Positions 37,536 to 46,165 of a DNA stretch of 64,000 bases are shown piece by piece; the first letter of the stretch is position 1; each line of letters starts with the position of its first letter. The stretch covers positions 334 through 64,333 of the forward strand of contig JBKCJE010000013.1 in assembly GCA_046301955.1 (NCBI GenBank), written 5' to 3'. The position numbers were made by a program, and so were the translations under genes. The notes beneath the pieces were generated by a model. The model searched no databases. It saw only the letters and a program-made list of their open reading frames with translations, and was not told where the DNA came from. The DNA comes from Bacteroidota bacterium (GTDB taxonomy: Bacteria; Bacteroidota; Bacteroidia; NS11-12g; UBA955).

Positions 37536-38498
37536 CTACTTATACTTTATGGCGAAGTATGTCTTCAGTAGGAACATACTGTTGTTATTGGGTATTTGAT
37601 AATTGGTATTTTTCGCATCGCTAAGCGTAATTCTAAACCAAATCACATCATTTTCAATGTGTTTGCTGCCGTCGTAGAGGAAATTCCAATAGTAATCGCA
37701 ACTGCTTGCAAAAAGACCAGACAAATTCTTATTCGGGCCACCTGTCATACTCATCTCCTTGGCTGGATCAAAGTTAGCCGGATCCGAAGACCAATTGACA
37801 GTTACATTTTTTAAACCGCTGACTACAGTATTGTCATCGCTCAACGATACCCAAAGTGTAGGAGATTGTCCAACTGAAATTTGCGCCGCTTCATACTTAC
37901 CTGCCCGAAAAAGCGGAACTCCACCAACCAAGAATTGAACACCCAGCACTTGCGGTGGAAAATCTACGGTTTCTGGAGTTTTACCAAGCCAATCCTTGGC
38001 TCCAGCATTTATCCAGTCGTTCAAACGAACCATCCAAGAGTCTTTTTGAACAGGGTAGTTGCTATTGGGCTCCAACGAAAGCGGCATAATTCCCGAATTT
38101 CCGTTTAAATCAATTAACAGTCTTTGGGGCAGCATGCTACTGGTTGAGGAAAAAGGCACCACGCGATTTTTGAACTTACCTGCAAAATCAGGCTTTGTTA
38201 CAGAATGATTCACCAACGAGTAATAACTACTTTCAACGGTTCTAAAATCTGGCTCAAAGTTCCCATCATGGCACCCACTGTTGGCGCAAGTGGGTTTGAA
38301 AAGCCCTGCATGTAATCCTTGAATTGTGCGATAATTCCACGTATCCTTGGTCGTTTGGATGGTATCGCTAGCTTTTTTGAAAGGGTTTTTAATTACAGGC
38401 CCATCCGATTCACATCCCACAGCGAACAAAGCCACAACAACAACAATCGAATTGTATAAGTTGATTTTCTTGCCGCTGATCGATGGACGTTTATTCAT
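37536..38498 (-). CDS. Lipoprotein with a PSCyt1-like (Planctomycete cytochrome-c-like) domain carrying CX4CH
   Basis: Lipobox (LFAVGC). The domain reads LFKPTCANSGCHDG ... GIMPLSLEPNS...LNDWINAGAKD, the same layout as the PSCyt1 consensus (C..CH ... MP ... WI..GA). A C-terminal beta-rich domain follows. Confidence 0.55.
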   Translation of the reverse strand: MNKRPSISGKKINLYNSIVVVVALFAVGCESDGPVIKNPFKKASDTIQTTKDTWNYRTIQGLHAGLFKPTCANSGCHDGNFEPDFRTVESSYYSLVNHSVTKPDFAGKFKNRVVPFSSTSSMLPQRLLIDLNGNSGIMPLSLEPNSNYPVQKDSWMVRLNDWINAGAKDWLGKTPETVDFPPQVLGVQFLVGGVPLFRAGKYEAAQISVGQSPTLWVSLSDDNTVVSGLKNVTVNWSSDPANFDPAKEMSMTGGPNKNLSGLFASSCDYYWNFLYDGSKHIENDVIWFRITLSDAKNTNYQIPNNNSMFLLKTYFAIKYK

Positions 38499-38500
38499 GG

Positions 38501-39841
38501 TTATATTCTTTGGTATAGGCTTCGTGCTAACGGGTCAATCAAGCCACTATTGTTCACATCGTCGAGGATACCGAAAACATCCGCTATTGTCGGCACAATG
38601 TCTGTGAGTCTGCCCACAGGTTGTGCTTCGCCACCAACACGAATGTTTGGAACACTCTTACCCATCATTAAACCCCAAACACGAAGTGCATTGGCATCGC
38701 TGTGGTCGTAGGCTACCCAGTCGTTCTGATCCAAAATGGGATTCGGATTTTCATTCCTTCCACATTCAGGCGCTACGATAAAAATGGTATTGCCCGACAT
38801 TTCAGGAATGTTGTTTTGAATATGCTGCCACAACCAACCTGTAATGTGGTCCGCTCTGTGTAACATCTGTAAATAACCGGTAAAATTGGAATGACAAGAA
38901 TCTACTCCTGAGATATTGACCGCAAGCATTTTGGGTTTGAATTCCCGCAAGACTTCCGCGGCATACATGATATTCACAGCGTCTCCTGTATCCGTTACTG
39001 GGGGCATCGCTAACTGCCCAGCCTGTTGTTTAGCAAAAACACTTTTGATAAAGTCCTTGATTTGGGTTTTCTCTTCGTCTGTGTTACTTACACTGCTTAT
39101 TTGATCTTTGGTCAGTGCGAAACTTTGGTCCAAGAAGTTCTTCATGAAGTACATGGGTTCCAAATCTGTGCGTGTATAGGTCTTCGCATTACCTAATACC
39201 TCTTTGCCTGCTGATGAGAAAGTAACAGGTGCTGCGAACATATTACCCCCATACGACAATCCATAATCTTTGTGAGTGCTTGAGTTTAACAATGGGGTAG
39301 AATTGCCAATCCCGTTACCAATAAACCATGTATCCGTGGCTTTAAATCCCGCGTGTTTCCTGAGATATTCAAAGATAGTTGGGTAGGCAGGTCGAACCTT
39401 TAAACCCTGGTTGGTTCCCGGATTTCCTGTGAGTAACGTATTCAAACCGACGTAGTGTCCTGCGCTTTGTGCACGCATTTCGGGAAATAACAGACCCGAT
39501 TTTTCCATCGATTGAGTCAATAACTTGGGAATAGGCTCGGAGCCGTTGGGTTTTCCTGCGACACTGGTGCCATAGGCGATTTTCTTGTTGGGCGCGTTGC
39601 CTTCAAACAGGTTGGGCATGATGTTTCCAGCCGCACCCGTAACACCTTGACTATCCTCTAGGTATCGCCCTAAAACACTCTCCTGCTGTCGAACCCCACC
39701 TGCAAACATCACTAAAACAACGTGATCGGCCTTCACTGAGCCTGTTTTTGCGAATAGCCTACCTGACGGAAGAATATAGGGTGCTAATAAGCCTCCACCT
39801 AGGGCGATGCCTGATTTTGTGATAAAATTCTTTCTATTCAT
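38501..39841 (-). CDS. DUF1501-type protein (alkaline phosphatase/sulfatase superfamily fold) with a Tat-like signal
   Basis: N-terminus MNRKNFITKSGIALGGGLLAP (RK variant of the twin-arginine motif). Further matches are HVVLVMFAGGVRQQES; ISGVDSCHSNF; and IFIVAPECGRNENPN...YDHSD, which parallels the DUF1501 signature blocks (GG.s; WDTH; EFGRTP..N..GRDH). Confidence 0.6.
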   Translation of the reverse strand: MNRKNFITKSGIALGGGLLAPYILPSGRLFAKTGSVKADHVVLVMFAGGVRQQESVLGRYLEDSQGVTGAAGNIMPNLFEGNAPNKKIAYGTSVAGKPNGSEPIPKLLTQSMEKSGLLFPEMRAQSAGHYVGLNTLLTGNPGTNQGLKVRPAYPTIFEYLRKHAGFKATDTWFIGNGIGNSTPLLNSSTHKDYGLSYGGNMFAAPVTFSSAGKEVLGNAKTYTRTDLEPMYFMKNFLDQSFALTKDQISSVSNTDEEKTQIKDFIKSVFAKQQAGQLAMPPVTDTGDAVNIMYAAEVLREFKPKMLAVNISGVDSCHSNFTGYLQMLHRADHITGWLWQHIQNNIPEMSGNTIFIVAPECGRNENPNPILDQNDWVAYDHSDANALRVWGLMMGKSVPNIRVGGEAQPVGRLTDIVPTIADVFGILDDVNNSGLIDPLARSLYQRI

Positions 39842-39853
39842 TTCGCCTCTGTC

Positions 39854-40354
39854 TTAATAATATTGATACTCTTCACTACATGCAAAAGCGGTGTAAACCA
39901 TTTCTACTGTTACTGCTTTGTTATTGGTTATGTATTGCTTAAAAAATGCTTTTTCACCCTCACTCGGGTATCGCAAATAGAATCGCTTGAAAGTACTAAT
40001 GATAAATGCATCAATATCCATGCGCATCACCGCATCTTTTGGAATGGTAATGCCTGAAGTGTTGAAGTAATTGCTCAACAACATCTCGTTGGCAACATCC
40101 TGGTCGCCGATGGAGTAGAGTACGTTCTGGGTTTTATATAACTGATTGGGGGAAATAGCCGTTTGGTATAAATTTGTGTAGAGGATCGAAATGAACTCGG
40201 CGTCATTTTTCTTTTTGGTCTTACGACTCTTATCCTCCAACACATTGACTTGATCAACCTCGTAACCAATAATTCGCTCCTTTGTGCATGCTGAAGTGCA
40301 CAATAACAATCCATAAATAAACCAAGGACGCAATTTAAAACTGGGCATATTCAT
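39854..40354 (-). CDS. Lipoprotein with two DUF1549/DUF4214-like helical motifs
   Basis: Lipobox (LCTSAC). Motifs are FISILYTNLYQTAISPNQ and FIISTFKRFYLRYPSEGEKAFF, and the protein ends in FACSEEYQYY. It overlaps the upstream gene by 20 nt (14 nt if the ATG at 40348 is used). Confidence 0.5.
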   Translation of the reverse strand: MNMPSFKLRPWFIYGLLLCTSACTKERIIGYEVDQVNVLEDKSRKTKKKNDAEFISILYTNLYQTAISPNQLYKTQNVLYSIGDQDVANEMLLSNYFNTSGITIPKDAVMRMDIDAFIISTFKRFYLRYPSEGEKAFFKQYITNNKAVTVEMVYTAFACSEEYQYY

Positions 40355-41261
40355 CTCCTATGATTACATTTTTAATGACTTGTTCAATTTGATGACTCTG
40401 ATAGAATGCATGAAATAGGTTACTCACCTCGGCAGTTGTGGCTTCACGCTGAAGCAAGACATAGTAAAACCAGCGAATTTGAGCTTCGTGAAACGCATCG
40501 GAATTCACAACGGCATCGCAATATTCATTTTTATTCGCTGCCCATCGAGAAAATATGGCTGCGGGTGCATTTTTTTCAATAATCGTATAGGAGCGATCAA
40601 ATTCGTCTTTTGTTGGATTACGGAGTAAGCAATTATCGAAAACAGCATTGATGTAGTTAAAACTATTCATATTAATACCGTCGTAAATAGAATTGTTCAT
40701 CATTACAGCGCAAATGTTGCGGTAGTCTTTGATGCGCTTGCGAAATACATATCGGCTGTTCAAGACATCAAAGTATTTGGTCTTTGCATCGGTGTAACGA
40801 TACACCCCTATAGAATCGCCATTGAGTCGGGCAACCGTAATGCCGAAATTCAAATTACCAATAAACTGTGCAATGCTGGGATCAGACGCACCTTCCAAAA
40901 AACGGGCTTTGGAAATATCATATATTCTCTGTGCAAAGGCATGTCGGTAAGAAGAATCTCCTGAACGATATGTGGTATCAAACATCAACATACTCACCAA
41001 TCGCTGTCGACAAGAATCATGCAATTCAGCCAATTTTAATTGATTTGTAAAAGAAATACGCTCGGTTTCGGTGGCTTCTCTACCCAAAAGGTCGATAAAC
41101 ATTCGCTGCACATAATTCTCAACCCTAAGGGTAGAAACTCCCTTGTAGTTCGGGGGTTGGTTGTTTTTTACCGCGATATTTTCTGTTTCCGTGCACCCAG
41201 CCAAAAACAGGTGGAACACGCCCAAATACAGAAGCCGCTTCGTGAGTTTGAAAATGTCCAT
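40335..41261 (-). CDS. Lipoprotein with three DUF1549/DUF4214-like helical motifs
   Basis: Lipobox (LFLAGC). Motifs are YVQRMFIDLLGREATETE, YINAVFDNCLLRNPTKDE and IRWFYYVLLQREATTAE. It is the first gene of the operon. Confidence 0.5.
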   Translation of the reverse strand: MDIFKLTKRLLYLGVFHLFLAGCTETENIAVKNNQPPNYKGVSTLRVENYVQRMFIDLLGREATETERISFTNQLKLAELHDSCRQRLVSMLMFDTTYRSGDSSYRHAFAQRIYDISKARFLEGASDPSIAQFIGNLNFGITVARLNGDSIGVYRYTDAKTKYFDVLNSRYVFRKRIKDYRNICAVMMNNSIYDGINMNSFNYINAVFDNCLLRNPTKDEFDRSYTIIEKNAPAAIFSRWAANKNEYCDAVVNSDAFHEAQIRWFYYVLLQREATTAEVSNLFHAFYQSHQIEQVIKNVIIGDEYAQF

Positions 41262-41265
41262 ATCT

Positions 41266-41273
41266 CAAATGTA
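41266..41273 (-). promoter_or_regulatory. -7 box (TACATTTG on the minus strand) 4 nt upstream of the first ATG of the lipoprotein/DUF1501 operon
   Basis: Exact TAnnTTTG with leaderless spacing. Confidence 0.5.
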
Positions 41274-41366
41274 CTTGTTCACAATTGGGATTGCAAGTTT
41301 ATGACATCCGTCATTTTCAGTTGACGATAAAATCATGTAGTTTCGCATTCAAAGATTTTCAATAAT

Positions 41367-42524
41367 ATGGCATTTTATCATAGGTCTGGATCCGTTCCCG
41401 CAAAACGACATACACAATTTCGCAAACCTGATGGAACCTTATACTCAGAGGAGTTAGTGAGCACCGAAGGGTTTAGCAGCTTATACTCTTTAATATACCA
41501 TTGTCACCCACCCACATTGGTAAAGAATATCGAGGAACCATACAGTGTAGAGCCCAAAATTGCCAAGGAGAAGAACATGCAGCATCGCAGTTTTTTAACT
41601 TTCAAAACCAAGCCAGAATCGGATTACATCAAGAGCCGCAAGACCCTGTTAATGAACAGTGATGTGATGATGGGCTCTGCTGCGCCGACGCAAGGATTTT
41701 CAGATTATTTCTACAAGAATTCAGACGCCGATGAAGTCTTGTTCATCCATGAAGGCTCAGGGGTGTTGAAAACCATTTACGGCAATATCCCCTTTGAATA
41801 CGGTGATTATCTGGTTATCCCAAGAGGCACAATATATCAATTGCATTTTAACGATAAAGACAATCGGATCTTCTTTGTAGAAAGTCCTACACCCATTCAT
41901 CCGCCCAAGCGTTATCAAAATTCGGTAGGACAGTTAATGGAGCATTCCCCTTATTGCGAACGTGACATAAAGTTGCCCGAAAACTTGGAAACCCATGATG
42001 AGATAGGGGAGTTCAAAGTACTAATTAAAAAACAAGGTTTAATATATCCATATACCTACGCCACACACCCCTTTGATGCTATTGGTTGGGATGGTTATTT
42101 GTATCCATATGGATTTAGTATTCACAACTTCGAGCCGATTACTGGACGATTGCATATGCCGCCTCCGATTCACCAAACCTTTGAAGGACGGAATTTTGTG
42201 ATTTGTAGCTTTGTTCCTCGAATGTACGACTACCATCCACTGAGCGTTCCTGCGCCTTACAATCATTCAAACATCGATTCAGATGAGATTTTGTATTATG
42301 TTGATGGCGACTTTATGAGCCGCAAACACGTTGAGCGGGGTATGATTAGTTTGCATCCCAAAGGGATTCCGCACGGTCCACACCCGGGTACTGTTGAAAA
42401 AAGTTTGGGTAAATTGGAAACCAAAGAGCTCGCAGTTATGATCGACCCATTCTATCCTTTGATGATTACCACCGACGCGATGGAAATGGAAGATCCTGGC
42501 TATTGGAAATCTTGGGTAGAATGA
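41367..42524 (+). CDS. hmgA: Homogentisate 1,2-dioxygenase (short bacterial type)
   Basis: N-terminus MAFYHRSGSVPAKRHTQFRKPDGTLYSEELVSTEGFS and a cupin core with His ligands (HNFEP, ISLHPKGIPHGPHPG). Confidence 0.8.
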   Translation: MAFYHRSGSVPAKRHTQFRKPDGTLYSEELVSTEGFSSLYSLIYHCHPPTLVKNIEEPYSVEPKIAKEKNMQHRSFLTFKTKPESDYIKSRKTLLMNSDVMMGSAAPTQGFSDYFYKNSDADEVLFIHEGSGVLKTIYGNIPFEYGDYLVIPRGTIYQLHFNDKDNRIFFVESPTPIHPPKRYQNSVGQLMEHSPYCERDIKLPENLETHDEIGEFKVLIKKQGLIYPYTYATHPFDAIGWDGYLYPYGFSIHNFEPITGRLHMPPPIHQTFEGRNFVICSFVPRMYDYHPLSVPAPYNHSNIDSDEILYYVDGDFMSRKHVERGMISLHPKGIPHGPHPGTVEKSLGKLETKELAVMIDPFYPLMITTDAMEMEDPGYWKSWVE

Positions 42525-42540
42525 TGAACTTTGGTCTTTT

Positions 42541-45500
42541 ATGGCCAGAATTCTCCTCCTAAGCATTGTTTTCTTTTTTCTTTCTCCATTACACGCACAA
42601 TTCAGGCAGCCGCCGTATCACCGATTGGTGAAAAAAACAGAACGTCGTTTGGAACGCGTTGATAAGCGCATAGAATCGGCTAACCGACAGCAATACACAG
42701 TAAAATCGCCGTTGAGAAAATCCGCAGAAACCATTCGTGTGGAAAATCTCTTGAGCATGCCACAAACACCCGATCGCTATTGGCAGCAAGAATGGTTGGC
42801 CACAATGAATCCTGCATTGGGGCGCCCTACACCAGAATTGCTTTTCGCGGAGATGTTGCAGCAGCAAAGTGTTTCTCTTGATCGCAGGGCGATGCCTGGA
42901 ACCACAAAAACAAGTTGGACATCTCGAGGACCTAATAATTTGGCAGGGAGAACACGAGCACTTGCCGTTGATCCAACGGTGACGTCAGGCAAAAAAGTAT
43001 GGGCTGGCGCCGTAACAGGCGGTTTATGGTATAATAACGATATAACCAGTTCGAGCAGTCAATGGAATTTCGTATCTAGCCTTTGGAGTAACCTTACTGT
43101 AACTTGTATTGCTTTTGATCCCAATACACCAGGCACCATGTATGTTGGTACAGGAGAGGGTTGGGGGTCTACTTCATCAAGCAGTCGGGGATTTGGTGTA
43201 TTCAAGAGCATTGATTCTGGAAAAACATTCACCCAATTGGCTGCGACCAAGTCTTATTTTTTTATCAATGATATCGTAGTGCGCTCTGAGTCAGGCAAAA
43301 GCGTGGTTTATTGTGCAACAGACATGCAATATGTAAACGGTGCTTGGCATGGAACAACCACAGGTGGATTAATGAAAAGTACCAACGGCGGAATTTCATT
43401 TACCAACGTTATGCCGAAGATTCCTGGGTATACCTTGTCGATGATACCTGCTGATTTAGAAATTGGAGCCGACAACCGCTTATGGGTTGGTTCGCGTCGA
43501 AATTATGCCCAAACTGCCACGGATAAAGGAGGCGGTCGGGTACTGTATACCGATGATGGTGTGAATTTCACCACTGTGTACTCACATGCTGATAAAGCGG
43601 GCAGGGTAGAGCTTGCTTGTGCGCCGACTTCGGCAAATACGGTATATGCTGTTTTTGAATCCAATGGAAAAGTAGATACCCTATTGCGAACCTTTAATAA
43701 AGGCACCACGTGGTCGGCCATGAAAAAACCCAAAGACGCTGATGCGGGTATTCCGGCAACAGATCCATCGCGTGGTCAGGCATGGTATGATTTGATTTTG
43801 GCTGTATCACCCAAGGATTCATCGGATGTGCTTTTTGGGGCTATTGATGTCTTTCTTTCTGAAAATTCCGGTGGTTCATTCATTCAAGTGGGAAAATGGA
43901 GTGATAATTCTGGGCTTGCCAACCTTTCTTGCTCCTATGTTCATGCCGATCAACACAATATTGTTTTCGTACCCGGCACCAATGCTTGTTTGATTGGGAA
44001 TGATGGGGGTGTATATTATTGTCCTGATATCTTGGACAACCTTTCGTATCAATCCGTAATCTATGAACGCAACAATGGATATATCGTTACGCAGTTTTAT
44101 TGGGGCGATATCAGTCAAACAAAGTCCAAGAATTTGATGCTTGCAGGTGCCCAAGACAATGGTTCGCACCAGTTAAACACATCGGGATTGGTCAATAAGA
44201 ATATGGTTTCTGGGGGCGATGGAGGTTATTGCTTCATCAGTCAAACGAACGACAACAAACAGGTGGTTAGCTACGTTTATAATCAGTTTTTTGCAACGTC
44301 TGACAACTGGGCCAATGCAGCGAAGATTATCGACGACGCGACCACTGGAAAGTTCATTAATCCAGCAGCATGGGACGATGTGAATGGCGCTTTGATAACA
44401 GGAAAAGGGAAATGCACTCTGTATCGCAACAAATTGGGTACATCTGCTACATTGGCGAATACCGTAACGGTTAGCTCAACCACAGCAAATGGAGCACCCA
44501 GCGTGATTACGAGTAGTGTTAGTAGCACGGGAAAAGGACAACTGTATGTGGGAACCGATGTAGGAAAGGTATTTGTAACCACTGACATTGGTGCCTCGAC
44601 ACCGGTTTGGTCCAATATTACGGGTACCATTAATGCTGGTAATATCAGCGATATATTCAGGTTAAGAAAATCCGATACTTTGTTTGTGACATTGAGTAAC
44701 TACGGTGCAAGTGTGAATATCTACATGAGTACAGATGCAGGCAAAACGTGGAAATCCAGGGATGGAAACATTGCCGATATGCCCATTTGGGGAATATTGC
44801 TAAACCCGAGAAAGCTTGGGGAGGCCATTATTGCCACAGAATTGGGGATTTATGGCACTTCGGATGTGTTTGCTGCATCCGTTGTTTGGGCACCCTACAA
44901 CGATGGAATGGGGGCGGTTAAAGTTGCGAATTTAAGATATCGCGATGCCGACCAAACCATCATGGCCACAACGCATGGGAGAGGGGTATTCACCTCAGAC
45001 GCTTGGTCTAAAGCCAGCCCGATCGTAAAATTCGGCGTAAGCAAAGACACTGTGTGTTCCCAAGAAACGCTCACTTTCAAGGATTCTACATTGAATTCAC
45101 CCACTGCATGGAGCTGGAGTTTTTCACCACGGTCCGGAATCGTTTACCGCAATGGCACAGATTCTACAAAACAAAACCCAGTGGTTCAATTTACACGAGG
45201 TGGAACATATTCAGTGACCTTAACTGCGTCCAATGCAATTGGAGAAGATCAATTATCAAAAATCAATCGCATTTTTGTGATAGACTCAATACCATTAACA
45301 ATTTCAATCCAAACGAATCCGGCTGTAGTTTGTGTGAATGATACATTTTCATTGACTTCAACGGTTAATACCAATGGTAAAACCATCGTTGCAGCATATT
45401 CATGGAAGAAAAACGGAACAACCCTGGCGAATACAAATGCCCATTTGCACGGATTAACACCGAACACTGCCGATAAGTACCAATTGTTTGTACAATCCAC

Positions 45501-46026
45501 CACAAGCTGTGTGACGCCGAATCCAGCACAAAGTGCAATAGTTTCGCCAAATACAAAAGGCATCAAAACGATTACTGTCAGTTGCAACATGGATACTTTA
45601 AAAGCAATGCCATTGGGATCAGGTACCTACAATTGGTTTAAAAATGGCGTCAAAGTGGGTACTGGACAGAAGTACAAACCCAGTGAAACAGGACTTTATC
45701 GTTGTGTATATGATGATAATGGCTGCAAAAGCGACAGCAGTGCGATTATTATATTGAAGTCAATCGGTGCCAGGGATTTAGCTGTAGAGGCGGTTAGTGT
45801 ATACCCAAATCCAGCCAAGGGACAATTTTCGATTCAAGGCATATTGGAATTGGGAGAAATTCGGATTTTCAATGCTGTGGGACAGTTAATGAAAGGTATT
45901 ATTGTTGCCAATGGCCAATCAACGCTGGATGTTGATATTCAGGGATGGGTTGCCGGATTGTATTATGTTGAGTGTTACGATGTTTCTGGATCACAGATTG
46001 ACAAACAGATTCTCGTCGTTGAGTAA
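42541..46026 (+). CDS. Large secreted BNR/Asp-box (sortilin/Vps10-like) repeat protein with PKD domain and T9SS type A C-terminal sorting domain
   Basis: Signal peptide, then multiple SxDxGxTW/F boxes (SIDSGKTF, STNGGISF, TFNKGTTW, SENSGGSF, STDAGKTW). A PKD-like segment (FSPRSG...NPVVQFTRGGTYSVTLTASNAIGED) is present. The C-terminus reads VSVYPNPAKGQFSIQG...GLYYVE. Confidence 0.8.
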   Translation: MARILLLSIVFFFLSPLHAQFRQPPYHRLVKKTERRLERVDKRIESANRQQYTVKSPLRKSAETIRVENLLSMPQTPDRYWQQEWLATMNPALGRPTPELLFAEMLQQQSVSLDRRAMPGTTKTSWTSRGPNNLAGRTRALAVDPTVTSGKKVWAGAVTGGLWYNNDITSSSSQWNFVSSLWSNLTVTCIAFDPNTPGTMYVGTGEGWGSTSSSSRGFGVFKSIDSGKTFTQLAATKSYFFINDIVVRSESGKSVVYCATDMQYVNGAWHGTTTGGLMKSTNGGISFTNVMPKIPGYTLSMIPADLEIGADNRLWVGSRRNYAQTATDKGGGRVLYTDDGVNFTTVYSHADKAGRVELACAPTSANTVYAVFESNGKVDTLLRTFNKGTTWSAMKKPKDADAGIPATDPSRGQAWYDLILAVSPKDSSDVLFGAIDVFLSENSGGSFIQVGKWSDNSGLANLSCSYVHADQHNIVFVPGTNACLIGNDGGVYYCPDILDNLSYQSVIYERNNGYIVTQFYWGDISQTKSKNLMLAGAQDNGSHQLNTSGLVNKNMVSGGDGGYCFISQTNDNKQVVSYVYNQFFATSDNWANAAKIIDDATTGKFINPAAWDDVNGALITGKGKCTLYRNKLGTSATLANTVTVSSTTANGAPSVITSSVSSTGKGQLYVGTDVGKVFVTTDIGASTPVWSNITGTINAGNISDIFRLRKSDTLFVTLSNYGASVNIYMSTDAGKTWKSRDGNIADMPIWGILLNPRKLGEAIIATELGIYGTSDVFAASVVWAPYNDGMGAVKVANLRYRDADQTIMATTHGRGVFTSDAWSKASPIVKFGVSKDTVCSQETLTFKDSTLNSPTAWSWSFSPRSGIVYRNGTDSTKQNPVVQFTRGGTYSVTLTASNAIGEDQLSKINRIFVIDSIPLTISIQTNPAVVCVNDTFSLTSTVNTNGKTIVAAYSWKKNGTTLANTNAHLHGLTPNTADKYQLFVQSTTSCVTPNPAQSAIVSPNTKGIKTITVSCNMDTLKAMPLGSGTYNWFKNGVKVGTGQKYKPSETGLYRCVYDDNGCKSDSSAIIILKSIGARDLAVEAVSVYPNPAKGQFSIQGILELGEIRIFNAVGQLMKGIIVANGQSTLDVDIQGWVAGLYYVECYDVSGSQIDKQILVVE

Positions 46027-46046
46027 TTACAATGTTTAAGAATTCA

Positions 46047-46061
46047 GCCTAATGATTAGGC
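46047..46061 (+). terminator. Weak hairpin after the T9SS type A cargo gene
   Basis: gcctaat g attaggc followed by gtttctt. The loop is very short, so the call is marginal. Confidence 0.3.
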
Positions 46062-46120
46062 GTTTCTTATAATACGATTCTTTTGTTTCATAATTTACAT
46101 TATGTTAAATAGGCGGAAGC

Positions 46121-46144
46121 AATAAAAGTCGGATCGCTCCGACT
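46121..46144 (-). terminator. Intrinsic terminator of the gyrA-TPR operon
   Basis: On the minus strand, a 7-bp stem AGTCGGA/TCCGACT with a 4-nt loop is followed by TTTTATT, 22 nt after the stop at 46166. Confidence 0.65.
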
Positions 46145-46165
46145 CTTACTGTACAAATAAAATAA

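Noticed and set aside
39854-41261. Assigning the two helical lipoproteins to DUF1800, the usual Bacteroidota partner of DUF1501
   Set aside because: I could not recognise the DUF1800 N-terminal signature. The repeated motif looks closer to DUF1549 or DUF4214, so the call is left open pending a profile search.
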